33,542 bases of DNA, taken from the NCBI GenBank assembly GCA_964440265.1, contig CAYTRU010000001.1, positions 1-33,542 of the forward strand. Reading direction: 5' to 3'. A model generated the notes under the pieces. That model was not told the DNA's origin and ran no database searches. It saw only the letters and a list, made by a program, of their open reading frames with translations. The position numbers and the translations under genes were made by a program. The stretch is from an uncultured Candidatus Saccharibacteria bacterium (lineage in GTDB: Bacteria > Patescibacteriota > Saccharimonadia > Saccharimonadales > UBA4665). Below are positions 7,870-16,563 of the stretch, piece by piece. Numbering within the stretch: the stretch's first letter is position 1; each line of letters opens with the position of its first letter.

Positions 7870-8766
7870 ATGACCGACACACAAAAGCACCAGACAGTTG
7901 ACGCTGCGTTACTGTCCGCGTCTCTCGACCCAGTCGAGGTGAAGCGCATAATTAAGTTAGCGCTAGACGAGGATCTCAGATGGGGTCCCGACGTAACCAC
8001 CTATGCAACTACTGGGCCCAAGGTACATGCAGTCGCTGACGTTGTCGCCCGCCGGCCTGGCATAGTAGCTGGGCTGCCAGTTGCCAGGGCAGTGCTTGCT
8101 GCTATAGGGCTGCCAGAAGAAGCCGTCGTCACCCTGCGACAAGACGGCGATAGAGTGATGGTAGGAGATCCGGTCTTAGAAATTAATGGCTCACTACGCA
8201 AGATATTGTGCGCCGAGCGGACATTGTTGAATTTCTTGACGCATTTGTCAGGGATCGCTACCGCCACCCGAGCCTGGGTCGATGCGGTTGATGGCACAGG
8301 ATGTGTGATACGTGATACTCGGAAAACCACGCCCGGTTTGCGTTCGCTTGAGAAATACGCGGTGCGCTGCGGGGGTGGTAGTAATCATCGTATGGGACTA
8401 GGCGACGCCGCACTCATTAAAGACAATCATGTCTTGGCAGCAGGGGGGATTGCGCCAGCTATTGAGGCCGTGCGCCAAGCTGCCCCCACCATTCCACTCG
8501 AAGTAGAATGTGATACGCTCACCCAAGTTCGTGAGGCGCTCACTATGAACGTTAAGTTGATCTTGCTCGACAATATGTCACTCGAGCACATAAAAGCTGC
8601 GGTTGCTCTGGGGCAAGCTTACCCGAGCACGGGTTTCGAGGCGAGCGGCGGCTTGCAGCTGGAAACCGCCAGAATAGTCGCCGAGACTGGCGTGCACTTT
8701 TTGGCGGTAGGAGCTATCACTCATTCCAGTCCCGCTCTGGATCTCGCCCTGGACGTCCGCACTTAA
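7870..8766 (+). CDS. nadC: Nicotinate-nucleotide (quinolinate) phosphoribosyltransferase, carboxylating
   Basis: Motifs present are ERTLLNFLTHLSGIAT, IRDTRKTTPGLR, EKYAVRCGGGSNHRMGL and IKDNH. The extended -10 TGcTATAGT (7855-7863) lies 6 nt before the ATG. Confidence 0.92.
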   Translation: MTDTQKHQTVDAALLSASLDPVEVKRIIKLALDEDLRWGPDVTTYATTGPKVHAVADVVARRPGIVAGLPVARAVLAAIGLPEEAVVTLRQDGDRVMVGDPVLEINGSLRKILCAERTLLNFLTHLSGIATATRAWVDAVDGTGCVIRDTRKTTPGLRSLEKYAVRCGGGSNHRMGLGDAALIKDNHVLAAGGIAPAIEAVRQAAPTIPLEVECDTLTQVREALTMNVKLILLDNMSLEHIKAAVALGQAYPSTGFEASGGLQLETARIVAETGVHFLAVGAITHSSPALDLALDVRT

Positions 8767-8786
8767 AAAACGGTAAACTTGACAGT

Positions 8787-9542
8787 ATGGATGCCCCACC
8801 TATAACCAGCATCAAAGATCAGATTACAGATTTTATTGCCCGACACGCACCCTCTAATGGTGTGGTGATTGGCGTAAGCGGTGGTATAGATTCAGCTTTG
8901 GTGCTGGCACTCTGCGTGACAGCCCTCGGCAAAGAAAAGACTACCGCCTTACTCATGCCAGAAATGGCAACCGACATTAGCGACACCATTCACGAGTACA
9001 TAAAACAGCTCGGGGTAAAATACGAAGTCATACCAATCAAGCTATTATTTGAAGCTTACGCGCAGCACGCCGGTATTACAGATGACCGTCTGGTTATGGG
9101 TAACTTAAAGGCCCGGATCAGAATGAGCTTGCTCTATAGTCGGTCCAACGCCCAGGGTTTAGTCGTCATGGGAACCGGTAATCGGTCGGAGCTACTGACA
9201 GGCTATTTTACCAAGTATGGTGACGGAGGTGTCGACTACCTGCCTATTGGTGCTTTATATAAGACCCAGGTCAGGGAACTGGCAAAGCACATGGGTGTAC
9301 CAGAAGCCATAATTACCCAACCTCCTACTGCTGGACTGTGGGCGGGCCAAACAGATGAACAAGAACTAGGCATCACCTATCAGAAATTAGACCTAATCCT
9401 GCACGAGCACGCCGACAAAGGCATCCCCTTTGACGCAATAAACATCCCCGGTGTCACAAAAGCAGAGATCCAAACGGTTCAAAAACGTGTTGAGCATAAT
9501 AGCTTCAAGTCAATTGCTCCGCAGATCTGTCAGCTGACATGA
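8787..9542 (+). CDS. nadE: NH3-dependent NAD+ synthetase (short form)
   Basis: It has the PP-loop IGVSGGIDSALV, plus NLKARIRM and GTGNRSELLTGYFTKYGDGGVD..PIG.LYKTQVR. Confidence 0.9.
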   Translation: MDAPPITSIKDQITDFIARHAPSNGVVIGVSGGIDSALVLALCVTALGKEKTTALLMPEMATDISDTIHEYIKQLGVKYEVIPIKLLFEAYAQHAGITDDRLVMGNLKARIRMSLLYSRSNAQGLVVMGTGNRSELLTGYFTKYGDGGVDYLPIGALYKTQVRELAKHMGVPEAIITQPPTAGLWAGQTDEQELGITYQKLDLILHEHADKGIPFDAINIPGVTKAEIQTVQKRVEHNSFKSIAPQICQLT

Positions 9543-9704
9543 CAGTCAGAGTTGTCAAAAATATTATTATGGAATCGGCTTAGTCGTGGCCGTGGTCAGT
9601 GATAGCCTAGAGCTCAAGTTGGCCTTTTTGACTTAATTATAAGGCGTACTTTTCACTGACTGAGTTACTTCCTATATTATGAATGACTAGGTCGGGCTAA
9701 AGCA

Positions 9705-9733
9705 TTGACATACATATTGAAGTAGGTTATTGT
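9705..9733 (+). promoter_or_regulatory. Candidate sigma70 promoter TTGACA-17-TATTGT
   Basis: TTGACA is at 9705-9710, followed by a 17-nt spacer and TATTGT at 9728-9733. The -10 covers the ORF-track TTG start (9730), which argues for a downstream ATG. Confidence 0.45.
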
Positions 9734-9753
9734 TTTTTAATGCTTCCCAGGAT

Positions 9754-10152
9754 ATGCCGATGATAGTAGCCTCACCGGAATCAGACATGCCCGAACCCTA
9801 TAATGGCTATATCGAAGCTCGTGCTATTGTGATTGCTAGAACACTAGAGGCAATCGTGGGTGAGGTCAATGTCCAGCTCTGTCCGAGAGCGATTTTACCA
9901 TCTGAGCGCCACTTTGGTGTTGCTGAGCAAACTACTACTGATGCCCTGATTTATGGCTGCGTAGTCAAGCAGCGTGAAGATGGCGATAAATCTGTACTCC
10001 ATAAAATGAATAATGGTAGTCCTGATATGGGTATCGTAGCACATAGCAGAGATGCCGGCCTAGCCTATGCAGAGACCGTTTTGCGGGCAGGTAACCGAGT
10101 GCGTAATGAAAGATCCACGCGCCTCCGACGGGCGGGGACAATCGATTGCTGA
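9754..10152 (+). CDS. Hypothetical protein, possibly the N-terminal part of a frameshifted gene
   Basis: The frame is open, with ATGs at 9754 and 9760 downstream of the predicted promoter. The last ~20 codons are Arg-rich (NRVRNERSTRLRRAGTIDC) and overlap the next ORF. Confidence 0.45.
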   Translation: MPMIVASPESDMPEPYNGYIEARAIVIARTLEAIVGEVNVQLCPRAILPSERHFGVAEQTTTDALIYGCVVKQREDGDKSVLHKMNNGSPDMGIVAHSRDAGLAYAETVLRAGNRVRNERSTRLRRAGTIDC

Positions 10153-10768
10153 TACTCCAGAGGAAGTGGCAGCGTTATTTGACGACACGGCAACACTTGA
10201 GAGCACAGGGCTTGTTGTGATGCCGCATATCGCAGCGGTGACTGACCGCTACTCAATCGGCCACATACGACTTGGCCCTTTCGGCACCTACACCTACCTA
10301 GGCAGGGAACATATCATCGATCATGATAACAACAGCGTATACGCTGGAGCTGATCTAGCCGTTATGCCCAGCGATGAAGCAGCTGCCTTGGAGCACGCCG
10401 CTCAAACGCTCGAAGTCCCGCCAAAAATTATCTACCTGGCCCAGCAAGCGCTCCAGCATTTTGAGGCCTTAGCGGTGTACGATGGTCGGGTTAGCGTAGA
10501 TATACTCTGTGGCAGATCCGACAATGGCCAACTGCTCAGCGCCGTCGTCGATATCACCCCACGGGTAGGCAACAATACACCACCAGAAGTAGAGGCTATC
10601 AAGGCTCTATGTGAACAAGGTACTGGCCAGCATGTTGCATATGCTTCTGGCCAGCTCTACTACATTTCCAAGGAGACACCTGCGATCTCCAAAGCAGCTC
10701 GCTATATTGACACCGAATCGCTAGTCTCAACAGCAGTCGTAACTGATGTAATAAGAGTAGGTCGCTAG
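10106..10768 (+). CDS. Hypothetical protein with an ATP-grasp-like C-terminal flavour, possibly the C-terminal part of a frameshifted gene
   Basis: The frame opens at 10064, with ATGs at 10067 and 10106. The segment VSVDILCGRSDNGQLLSAVVDITPRVGNNTP loosely resembles the vD...g...vlEiNPR.g segment of ATP-grasp enzymes. Confidence 0.5.
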   Translation: MKDPRASDGRGQSIADTPEEVAALFDDTATLESTGLVVMPHIAAVTDRYSIGHIRLGPFGTYTYLGREHIIDHDNNSVYAGADLAVMPSDEAAALEHAAQTLEVPPKIIYLAQQALQHFEALAVYDGRVSVDILCGRSDNGQLLSAVVDITPRVGNNTPPEVEAIKALCEQGTGQHVAYASGQLYYISKETPAISKAARYIDTESLVSTAVVTDVIRVGR

Positions 10769-11580
10769 TAGGTAGCAGGGGAGTGGGTGGGCACAATCGG
10801 CAGATTGGGTAAGGGCTCGTTGAAGGCTTCCAGTTCTAGCCCACCTTCATATCCCCGATACGTCGTGAAACCACAGTTGAATGATTGAGTAGCTGCTAGC
10901 AATCTTGTGACCTCGCGAGGATCTAGATTTTGGCAATTTGCCCGTTGGGCTATCGTGGTGTTATGATGGCCAACGACTAAGAGCTCCAGCCCTACATACT
11001 CACCGATAATATCTCGATGTATGGAACGTAATCTTTCCCGAACATCGGGCGTGCTTTCGCCTCCCGGATACCTGTACCAATAAGCTGTCAGGCGTCTGCG
11101 CTCAGCTGCTTCTTCGGGATACAAAATTTCATACATGCGCCAATCGCAATACTTCTCAGCTCGTCCGCGCTCCTGTTCGCGTAGTCGTTCATCTTCGATA
11201 ACCGTCACTGCCTCCAGGGCTGGCCAGCTGGCTTTTAGCCAGCCCAATGTCTCGCGCGTTCGCCTATAGGGCGGGAGCAAGATAGCATCAGGGGTAGCAA
11301 TTTTTTTTCGCAGTTCCGGGCCAGCCGCTTCGGCTTGCCGTGGCCCAAACTTGGACAGCGGCACAGCGGGATCGCCGACCGTCATGACAAACTTATGTTT
11401 CACATCCTCATCTGTGGTTAAGGATCTCGCTAAAGCCAAAACCGTCTCAGGGTCTTCGCTACGTGCCTTGTAAGCTCGCATAAACCTTTGATAGTCCGGA
11501 TCAGTGGCCATACGCCGTCTTTTCGCGTTATAGTCGGACTCTGCATGCCTAATTGAGCTTAGTCTATTTGGGTGACCCAT
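10765..11580 (-). CDS. Histidine phosphatase superfamily protein (branch 1, PGM-like)
   Basis: It has IRHAESDYN (the RHG motif), PYRRTRET, PGGES and VVGHH. Confidence 0.75.
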   Translation of the reverse strand: MGHPNRLSSIRHAESDYNAKRRRMATDPDYQRFMRAYKARSEDPETVLALARSLTTDEDVKHKFVMTVGDPAVPLSKFGPRQAEAAGPELRKKIATPDAILLPPYRRTRETLGWLKASWPALEAVTVIEDERLREQERGRAEKYCDWRMYEILYPEEAAERRRLTAYWYRYPGGESTPDVRERLRSIHRDIIGEYVGLELLVVGHHNTTIAQRANCQNLDPREVTRLLAATQSFNCGFTTYRGYEGGLELEAFNEPLPNLPIVPTHSPATY

Positions 11581-11591
11581 AATTAGATCAC

Positions 11592-11620
11592 ATAATATTA
11601 TAATATTGAGTAGCTGTCAA
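11592..11620 (-). promoter_or_regulatory. Candidate sigma70 promoter TTGACA-17-TATTAT for the histidine phosphatase gene
   Basis: The minus strand reads TTGACA (11620-11615), a 17-nt spacer and TATTAT (11597-11592). The ATG at 11580 follows 11 nt later, so the leader is very short or absent. Confidence 0.5.
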
Positions 11621-11750
11621 AATAGTACACTCACCTGAATCTCAAAACCCTGTCAGCATAACCATCGCATACTATTCATACATTTGCTTGTCGTTCAGTC
11701 TGTATCACCCCACACCACAATGCATAGCCTATGCTGTAGGGTCAGGAGGA

Positions 11751-11790
11751 GTACATATAAAGTATGGCAAACTGCATACTTTATATGTAC
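11751..11790. repeat. Perfect 16-bp inverted repeat with an 8-nt loop
   Basis: GTACATATAAAGTATG-gcaaactg-CATACTTTATATGTAC, verified base by base. It lies in the 375-bp divergent intergenic region and is immediately preceded by AGGAGGA (11744-11750). Confidence 0.9.
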
Positions 11791-11955
11791 TACCCAGGAA
11801 CCCTTGTTAAAAACTAACGAACCAACCTTACTAAGCTGGCTTGCCAATGTGGGTTACGGGCGCTAGGAGGAAGATAATTCAGCCGTTCAGGTTTGAGTAG
11901 TTGCTCTCAGCAGCCTGAAAAGAGATAATGGAAGATTACACTGGAAAGGTACGAC

Positions 11956-12696
11956 ATGCAGTTCAAGGATTTTATAACTCGGCAACGGGCGGCCATTATC
12001 ACGGTAGGTCTACTGCTCTTTGCGGCCGCTTTGCTAGGAGCACAGGCGACGGGATATGAACATCTATGGGGAGCGCTGTTGACCGATCTGGCGGCTTCGG
12101 CGCTCACGGTTATCTTTACTGCGCTGATCATCGATTACTTAGGGGTACGTGAAGAACACGATAAGACCAAAAATGCTGCCGGTCTGGCGGAAGATGAGAT
12201 CGCGGCCACCTGTTTTCGAGTAAAATGGCGTATGGCACGGCTGTTTGGGCTGGAACGCCGCGAGACGGGCCGAGATAATATCAGCACTCGACAGCAGGCC
12301 CGGGACTACCTCGAGGAAGTGCGGCAGGAGGTGGACACCTACCTGGATACGCACGATCTGACGTCAGCAGAGACGCCCCTGGAAGTCACTATGCTAGCGA
12401 AGTATCAAGAACGTTTACAACTCGCTCGGGCTGAGCTTGAGCAGACCCTGCTGCTGTATCAATACGCCATGAGCTACAGTCTGCGGGAACGGGTGCTGAA
12501 TTTGCGCAGTGAGTTGCAGGTCGCCGATAACGTACTAGGCTTCATCGATTTTTCAGAAGAGGTGAATAGAGCTAACAAATCACTTGTGAGAATATTATCG
12601 CAGGCCAAACGTGACGAAATTGTAGAAGTATTGGGTCATGACTCAAGCACCGAGCTGGGTATGCCCATTCATGCCAAAGACAGTCCGCTGGTCTAA
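11956..12696 (+). CDS. Hypothetical membrane protein (two N-terminal TM helices plus a helical cytoplasmic domain)
   Basis: ATG has GGAAAGG 6 nt upstream. The TM helices are AAIITVGLLLFAAALLGA and LAASALTVIFTALIIDYL. The rest is charged and helical. Confidence 0.6.
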   Translation: MQFKDFITRQRAAIITVGLLLFAAALLGAQATGYEHLWGALLTDLAASALTVIFTALIIDYLGVREEHDKTKNAAGLAEDEIAATCFRVKWRMARLFGLERRETGRDNISTRQQARDYLEEVRQEVDTYLDTHDLTSAETPLEVTMLAKYQERLQLARAELEQTLLLYQYAMSYSLRERVLNLRSELQVADNVLGFIDFSEEVNRANKSLVRILSQAKRDEIVEVLGHDSSTELGMPIHAKDSPLV

Positions 12697-12708
12697 CTAT
12701 TACATTAC

Positions 12709-13281
12709 TCAGCTGCGGCCGACAAGCGCCAGGAGCTTTGTTTGGAGGTCAGCGCTTTCTGGTACTTCGAGAGCTGCCGGGAAGATGCCCATTTGGCGGT
12801 AGTCTTCTATGACCGGGCTAAACTCATCCCAAAGTGCTTGGACTAGATCATCGGCCATGTGCGTGTCTGCACCGATCAATTTGGCGATATCATAGATACG
12901 GAAGCTTCGGAAACTAATTATATGCTGCAGGTAGTCGCGGGCTGGAAAATCACCATAAGACAAGTGGGTTGTAGTATCCAAATCGTTGAAATTTCGCACG
13001 GCCTCAATGGCCACTGCATTATACTTTGCATACTCGCCTAAGGTGTCGGTGGCGGTCAGGAGAGATTCATATCGATCGCCGACATCTTCTTTGGTTTTGC
13101 CTGCCAAAACATCTGGCACCCAAGCATCGTCGTATGTATGGTAGTTGACTGATTGGCGCAGGGTAGCCGGTTTACTGGTTAGGCCAGCCGGCATGGTAGT
13201 CTCCCATTGGTCATCTCGGATTTGATCGATGACTTTTTTGAGTTCTTGATTGGATCGAATGAATAGTTCCTGAATGCTCAT
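12709..13281 (-). CDS. DinB/MDMPI_N-like metal-binding protein (TIGR03086-type)
   Basis: AAGGAGGA lies upstream of the ATG. Motifs are DQWETT, LAGKTKEDVGDRYESLL, THLSYGDFPA, DIAKLIGAD and LQTKLLALVGR, matching the actinobacterial TIGR03086 pattern as I recall it. Confidence 0.7.
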   Translation of the reverse strand: MSIQELFIRSNQELKKVIDQIRDDQWETTMPAGLTSKPATLRQSVNYHTYDDAWVPDVLAGKTKEDVGDRYESLLTATDTLGEYAKYNAVAIEAVRNFNDLDTTTHLSYGDFPARDYLQHIISFRSFRIYDIAKLIGADTHMADDLVQALWDEFSPVIEDYRQMGIFPAALEVPESADLQTKLLALVGRS

Positions 13282-13369
13282 GATTTTCCTCCTTGTTGTA
13301 ATTTCTCCTGTCTCCAGGATAGACTATTAACCAAATACTGCAGTGGTAATTCAGACAGTTGTAATCGTG

Positions 13370-14092
<723 letters not shown>

Positions 14093-14191
14093 TCATGTTA
14101 TTCACTTATATTATTATTGAAGCACACCTGGGTGAATAACAGGGGTAGCGTGTTACATTTTTCACCTTACAGAAAAAAACATACAATTTCT

Positions 14192-14220
14192 AGCTTACCC
14201 CACATGTCAAATAGTGTCAA
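14192..14220 (-). promoter_or_regulatory. Candidate promoter TTGACA-17-TAAGCT for rpf
   Basis: The minus strand reads TTGACA (14220-14215), a 17-nt spacer and TAAGCT (14197-14192). This predicts a ~115-nt leader. Confidence 0.4.
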
Positions 14221-14298
14221 GATCCTTACGGTTACACCACATATAGCGCCGGCCTAACCCAGCTGCTGCAAACATTGTCAAGTGCTATACTAAAAGGC

Positions 14299-14544
14299 AT
14301 GCATTTTTTAGGCTACACAGCCGCAGTCCTGACCGTAGCTGCCTTTATACCGCAAACATATCAAGCCGTTAAAACCCGGAAAACTAGAGACCTCTCATTA
14401 CCGACTTATGTCACCTTGGTTGTGACTGGTACTATGTGGTCTATCTATGGATTTGGCCTGCACGATCCTTCAATTTATCTAACGAATATAGCTATAGCGG
14501 CCTTAGCCGTGACGATTTGTGTCATGAAAATTATCGAGGGATGA
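14299..14544 (+). CDS. SemiSWEET (PQ-loop/MtN3 family) 3-TM sugar transporter
   Basis: An ~81-aa, 3-TM protein with FIPQTYQAVKTRKTRDLSL (PQ motif). The extended -10 TGcTATACT (14283-14291) lies 7 nt before ATG 14299. The ORF-track TTG 14275 is upstream of that -10. Confidence 0.8.
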   Translation: MHFLGYTAAVLTVAAFIPQTYQAVKTRKTRDLSLPTYVTLVVTGTMWSIYGFGLHDPSIYLTNIAIAALAVTICVMKIIEG

Positions 14545-14575
14545 GCAGGGAATTTGCCACTAATTGACCTGCGCC

Positions 14576-15043
14576 CTAAGCTTCGGTAGACAAGTTTTGG
14601 ATTATAGTTAGCAAATCACTCGGCACGATATTGGCTTTGACGATATAACCTTGAACGCCGTAATTTTTCGCTCGTTCCCGGACATCTTGTCGGGCAAGAT
14701 TTGTCATAACCAAGACTTTCGGCTGCATTTTGCTGTATTCTGGCGCCGTGCGGATTGTCTGCAACACGCTCAAGCCATCAATATCAGGAATCATAATATC
14801 GAGTAAAATAAGGTCTGGTTTAAATGACAGCACGCTGGCCAGCGCGTCCTTGCCATTCTCGACAATCAGCACGTCATAGTCACTCCGCTTTAAGACTAAC
14901 GAATAGAGATTAGCGATATCAGGATCATCTTCGACAATCAAGATTTTTTTTAAACCGTTCGCGAGCGTACTCATTGGACTCATACTAGCATCGCTGTTTG
15001 CAGTTTGTCGATAGCGCCGCCCTGAGCCTTGTAGCGCTGACAC
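14576..15043 (-). CDS. Stand-alone response regulator receiver (CheY-like)
   Basis: It has KKILIVEDDPD, LILLDIMIPDIDG, LVMTN and GYIVKA, and no output domain. The start is uncertain (GTG 15043, or ATG 14983/14974). Confidence 0.85.
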   Translation of the reverse strand: MSALQGSGRRYRQTANSDASMSPMSTLANGLKKILIVEDDPDIANLYSLVLKRSDYDVLIVENGKDALASVLSFKPDLILLDIMIPDIDGLSVLQTIRTAPEYSKMQPKVLVMTNLARQDVRERAKNYGVQGYIVKANIVPSDLLTIIQNLSTEA

Positions 15044-15067
15044 AGTACACGCGGTACAATAGAAACA

Positions 15068-16012
15068 ATGAATATCGGCCTCAGCTTTGTTGGTGTCTCT
15101 ATGCTTAGCGTGTTTATAGCCCTACCGTTAGGCTGGGTGATCGGTACGGTCGGTCGGCAGTTGCGCATTAAGAGAGCGGCCTGGTACTGGCGACGTCACA
15201 CTATTATTTATGCCGAATACGAGCCACCAGATAACCTCCGGCCTGGTGAGATCGCGTTTTTGTACGATCGATCCTTTGGGGAAGCAGAGCTGCTGGCAAC
15301 ACTCTTTGATTTAGAGCTCAGAAAAAAAGTTATCTTGTCGAACTTGCCGAGTAAAAACGATGCGGTCGACTTTCGCATCCGAGTAGTCAGTAAGGTAGTC
15401 GCAGACGATCTACGGGATTTCGAGCAGGAAACTCTAGCCACCTTAAAAGGTTACGGCCAAACAGCTACCTGGAGTCAGCTCAAGCTAGATACCGCCATCT
15501 GGGACTCCAATATCGAAACACATCTGGAGTCCGAGTTGCAGCAAAAAGACTACTTTCGGCAAGGCAGCACGAGCTTTTGGTCGACCATCGGCTTTGTAGC
15601 TTTTGGGATGATCATGGCTGGACTGACTGTCGTATTACCGACTGCCACAAGTGAGCATTGGCTACATAAGCAGCCCGTTAGTCCAGGCGATACCTATGCA
15701 GGACTGAATCATGATATCGCCACCTTTGAAGTGACCCTGCTATGGTCAATTGCCGCAGTAGCCTATGGCCTAGCGTTTTATTTTGCCGTTTCGGCCTACC
15801 GTCGAGCTATGGACTTGGAAAAGGGAACACCGCATTTACGCACTGTCTGGCCTCACATCGAAGGTTTTCGTCAGTATATACGAGTAGTCGATCAGGAACG
15901 TATTCAGTTTGAAAACCAGGAGCTTACCGTACACGCCCGCCAACAAGCCTTACCCTACGCCGTAGCCCTAAATCTTTCTACTAAATGGCAAGCGCGCTTT
16001 TCTGGGAATTAA
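15068..16012 (+). CDS. DUF2207 C-terminal-like membrane protein
   Basis: YEPPDNLRPGEIAFLYDRSFGEAELLATLFDLELRKKVIL matches the y.pP..l.PaE...L......d..atl.dLa.rg.l pattern, and several TM helices are present. TACAAT (15055-15060) lies 7 nt before the ATG. Confidence 0.6.
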   Translation: MNIGLSFVGVSMLSVFIALPLGWVIGTVGRQLRIKRAAWYWRRHTIIYAEYEPPDNLRPGEIAFLYDRSFGEAELLATLFDLELRKKVILSNLPSKNDAVDFRIRVVSKVVADDLRDFEQETLATLKGYGQTATWSQLKLDTAIWDSNIETHLESELQQKDYFRQGSTSFWSTIGFVAFGMIMAGLTVVLPTATSEHWLHKQPVSPGDTYAGLNHDIATFEVTLLWSIAAVAYGLAFYFAVSAYRRAMDLEKGTPHLRTVWPHIEGFRQYIRVVDQERIQFENQELTVHARQQALPYAVALNLSTKWQARFSGN

Positions 16013-16563
16013 ATAGGTGTCTTTTTGAGATGGAGTAAGTAGCCTACATAGCTGGAGGCAAGGTGAATAATAAACCAAGCAATCACTACCAAGCCGTATA
16101 TTTTCAGCGGCAGCCTACTAACGAGCATAGCTAATAAGCAACCCCCGATAATATAGTCAAGCTGGTCAAACGGAAACCAGCTGGCACCTGGCGCTACGGC
16201 TCGCTGACGCTTAAAAAAGCTCTCTATAGCGTCGCCAATAAGTGCTCCGGCTCCGAGTAAAACTCCCAGCAAAAATGACACATCTGCATAGCCAGCCTGC
16301 TGCAAATACATGCTGAAACCTCCTAGATGGTGGGACAGTTTTTGCTGCAGCAGAGCTACAAAAGCCGCAAAAATGATGCCGCACACCAGACCACGCCACG
16401 TTTTGCTAGAGCCCAACAATCTTTTACCGCGATAGTACTTCCCCCCATCTAGCGGTGCATTCCAGTGCCGTAAGAGCGGTAGATGGGCCACTAGAACCGG
16501 TGCCATATTGGCAGCCCCAGCTGGCAGAAAGAACCATAGCGCATACAAAAAATCATTCACCAT
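16009..16563 (-). CDS. carS: CDP-archaeol synthase (CarS, PF01864/DUF46) family CTP-transferase homologue
   Basis: The 184-aa polytopic protein has FFLPAGAANMAPVL, GKRLLGSSKTWRG, GDAIESFFKRQ and FDQLDY, and ends YLLHLKKTPI. These are the CarS family blocks as I recall them. Its start overlaps the PHP gene stop by 11 nt. Confidence 0.75.
   Translation of the reverse strand: MVNDFLYALWFFLPAGAANMAPVLVAHLPLLRHWNAPLDGGKYYRGKRLLGSSKTWRGLVCGIIFAAFVALLQQKLSHHLGGFSMYLQQAGYADVSFLLGVLLGAGALIGDAIESFFKRQRAVAPGASWFPFDQLDYIIGGCLLAMLVSRLPLKIYGLVVIAWFIIHLASSYVGYLLHLKKTPI

Noticed and set aside
9730-9753. TTG 9730 as the start of the 140-aa ORF
   Set aside because: The codon lies inside the predicted -10 hexamer (TATTGT, 9728-9733), so it would not be transcribed. 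The downstream ATGs at 9754 and 9760 are preferred.
11684-11866. 60-aa TTG-initiated ORF in the large intergenic region
   Set aside because: It has a Cys/Arg/Thr-rich composition unlike a real protein, no RBS or -10, and it runs straight through the 16-bp hairpin. I treated the region as non-coding.
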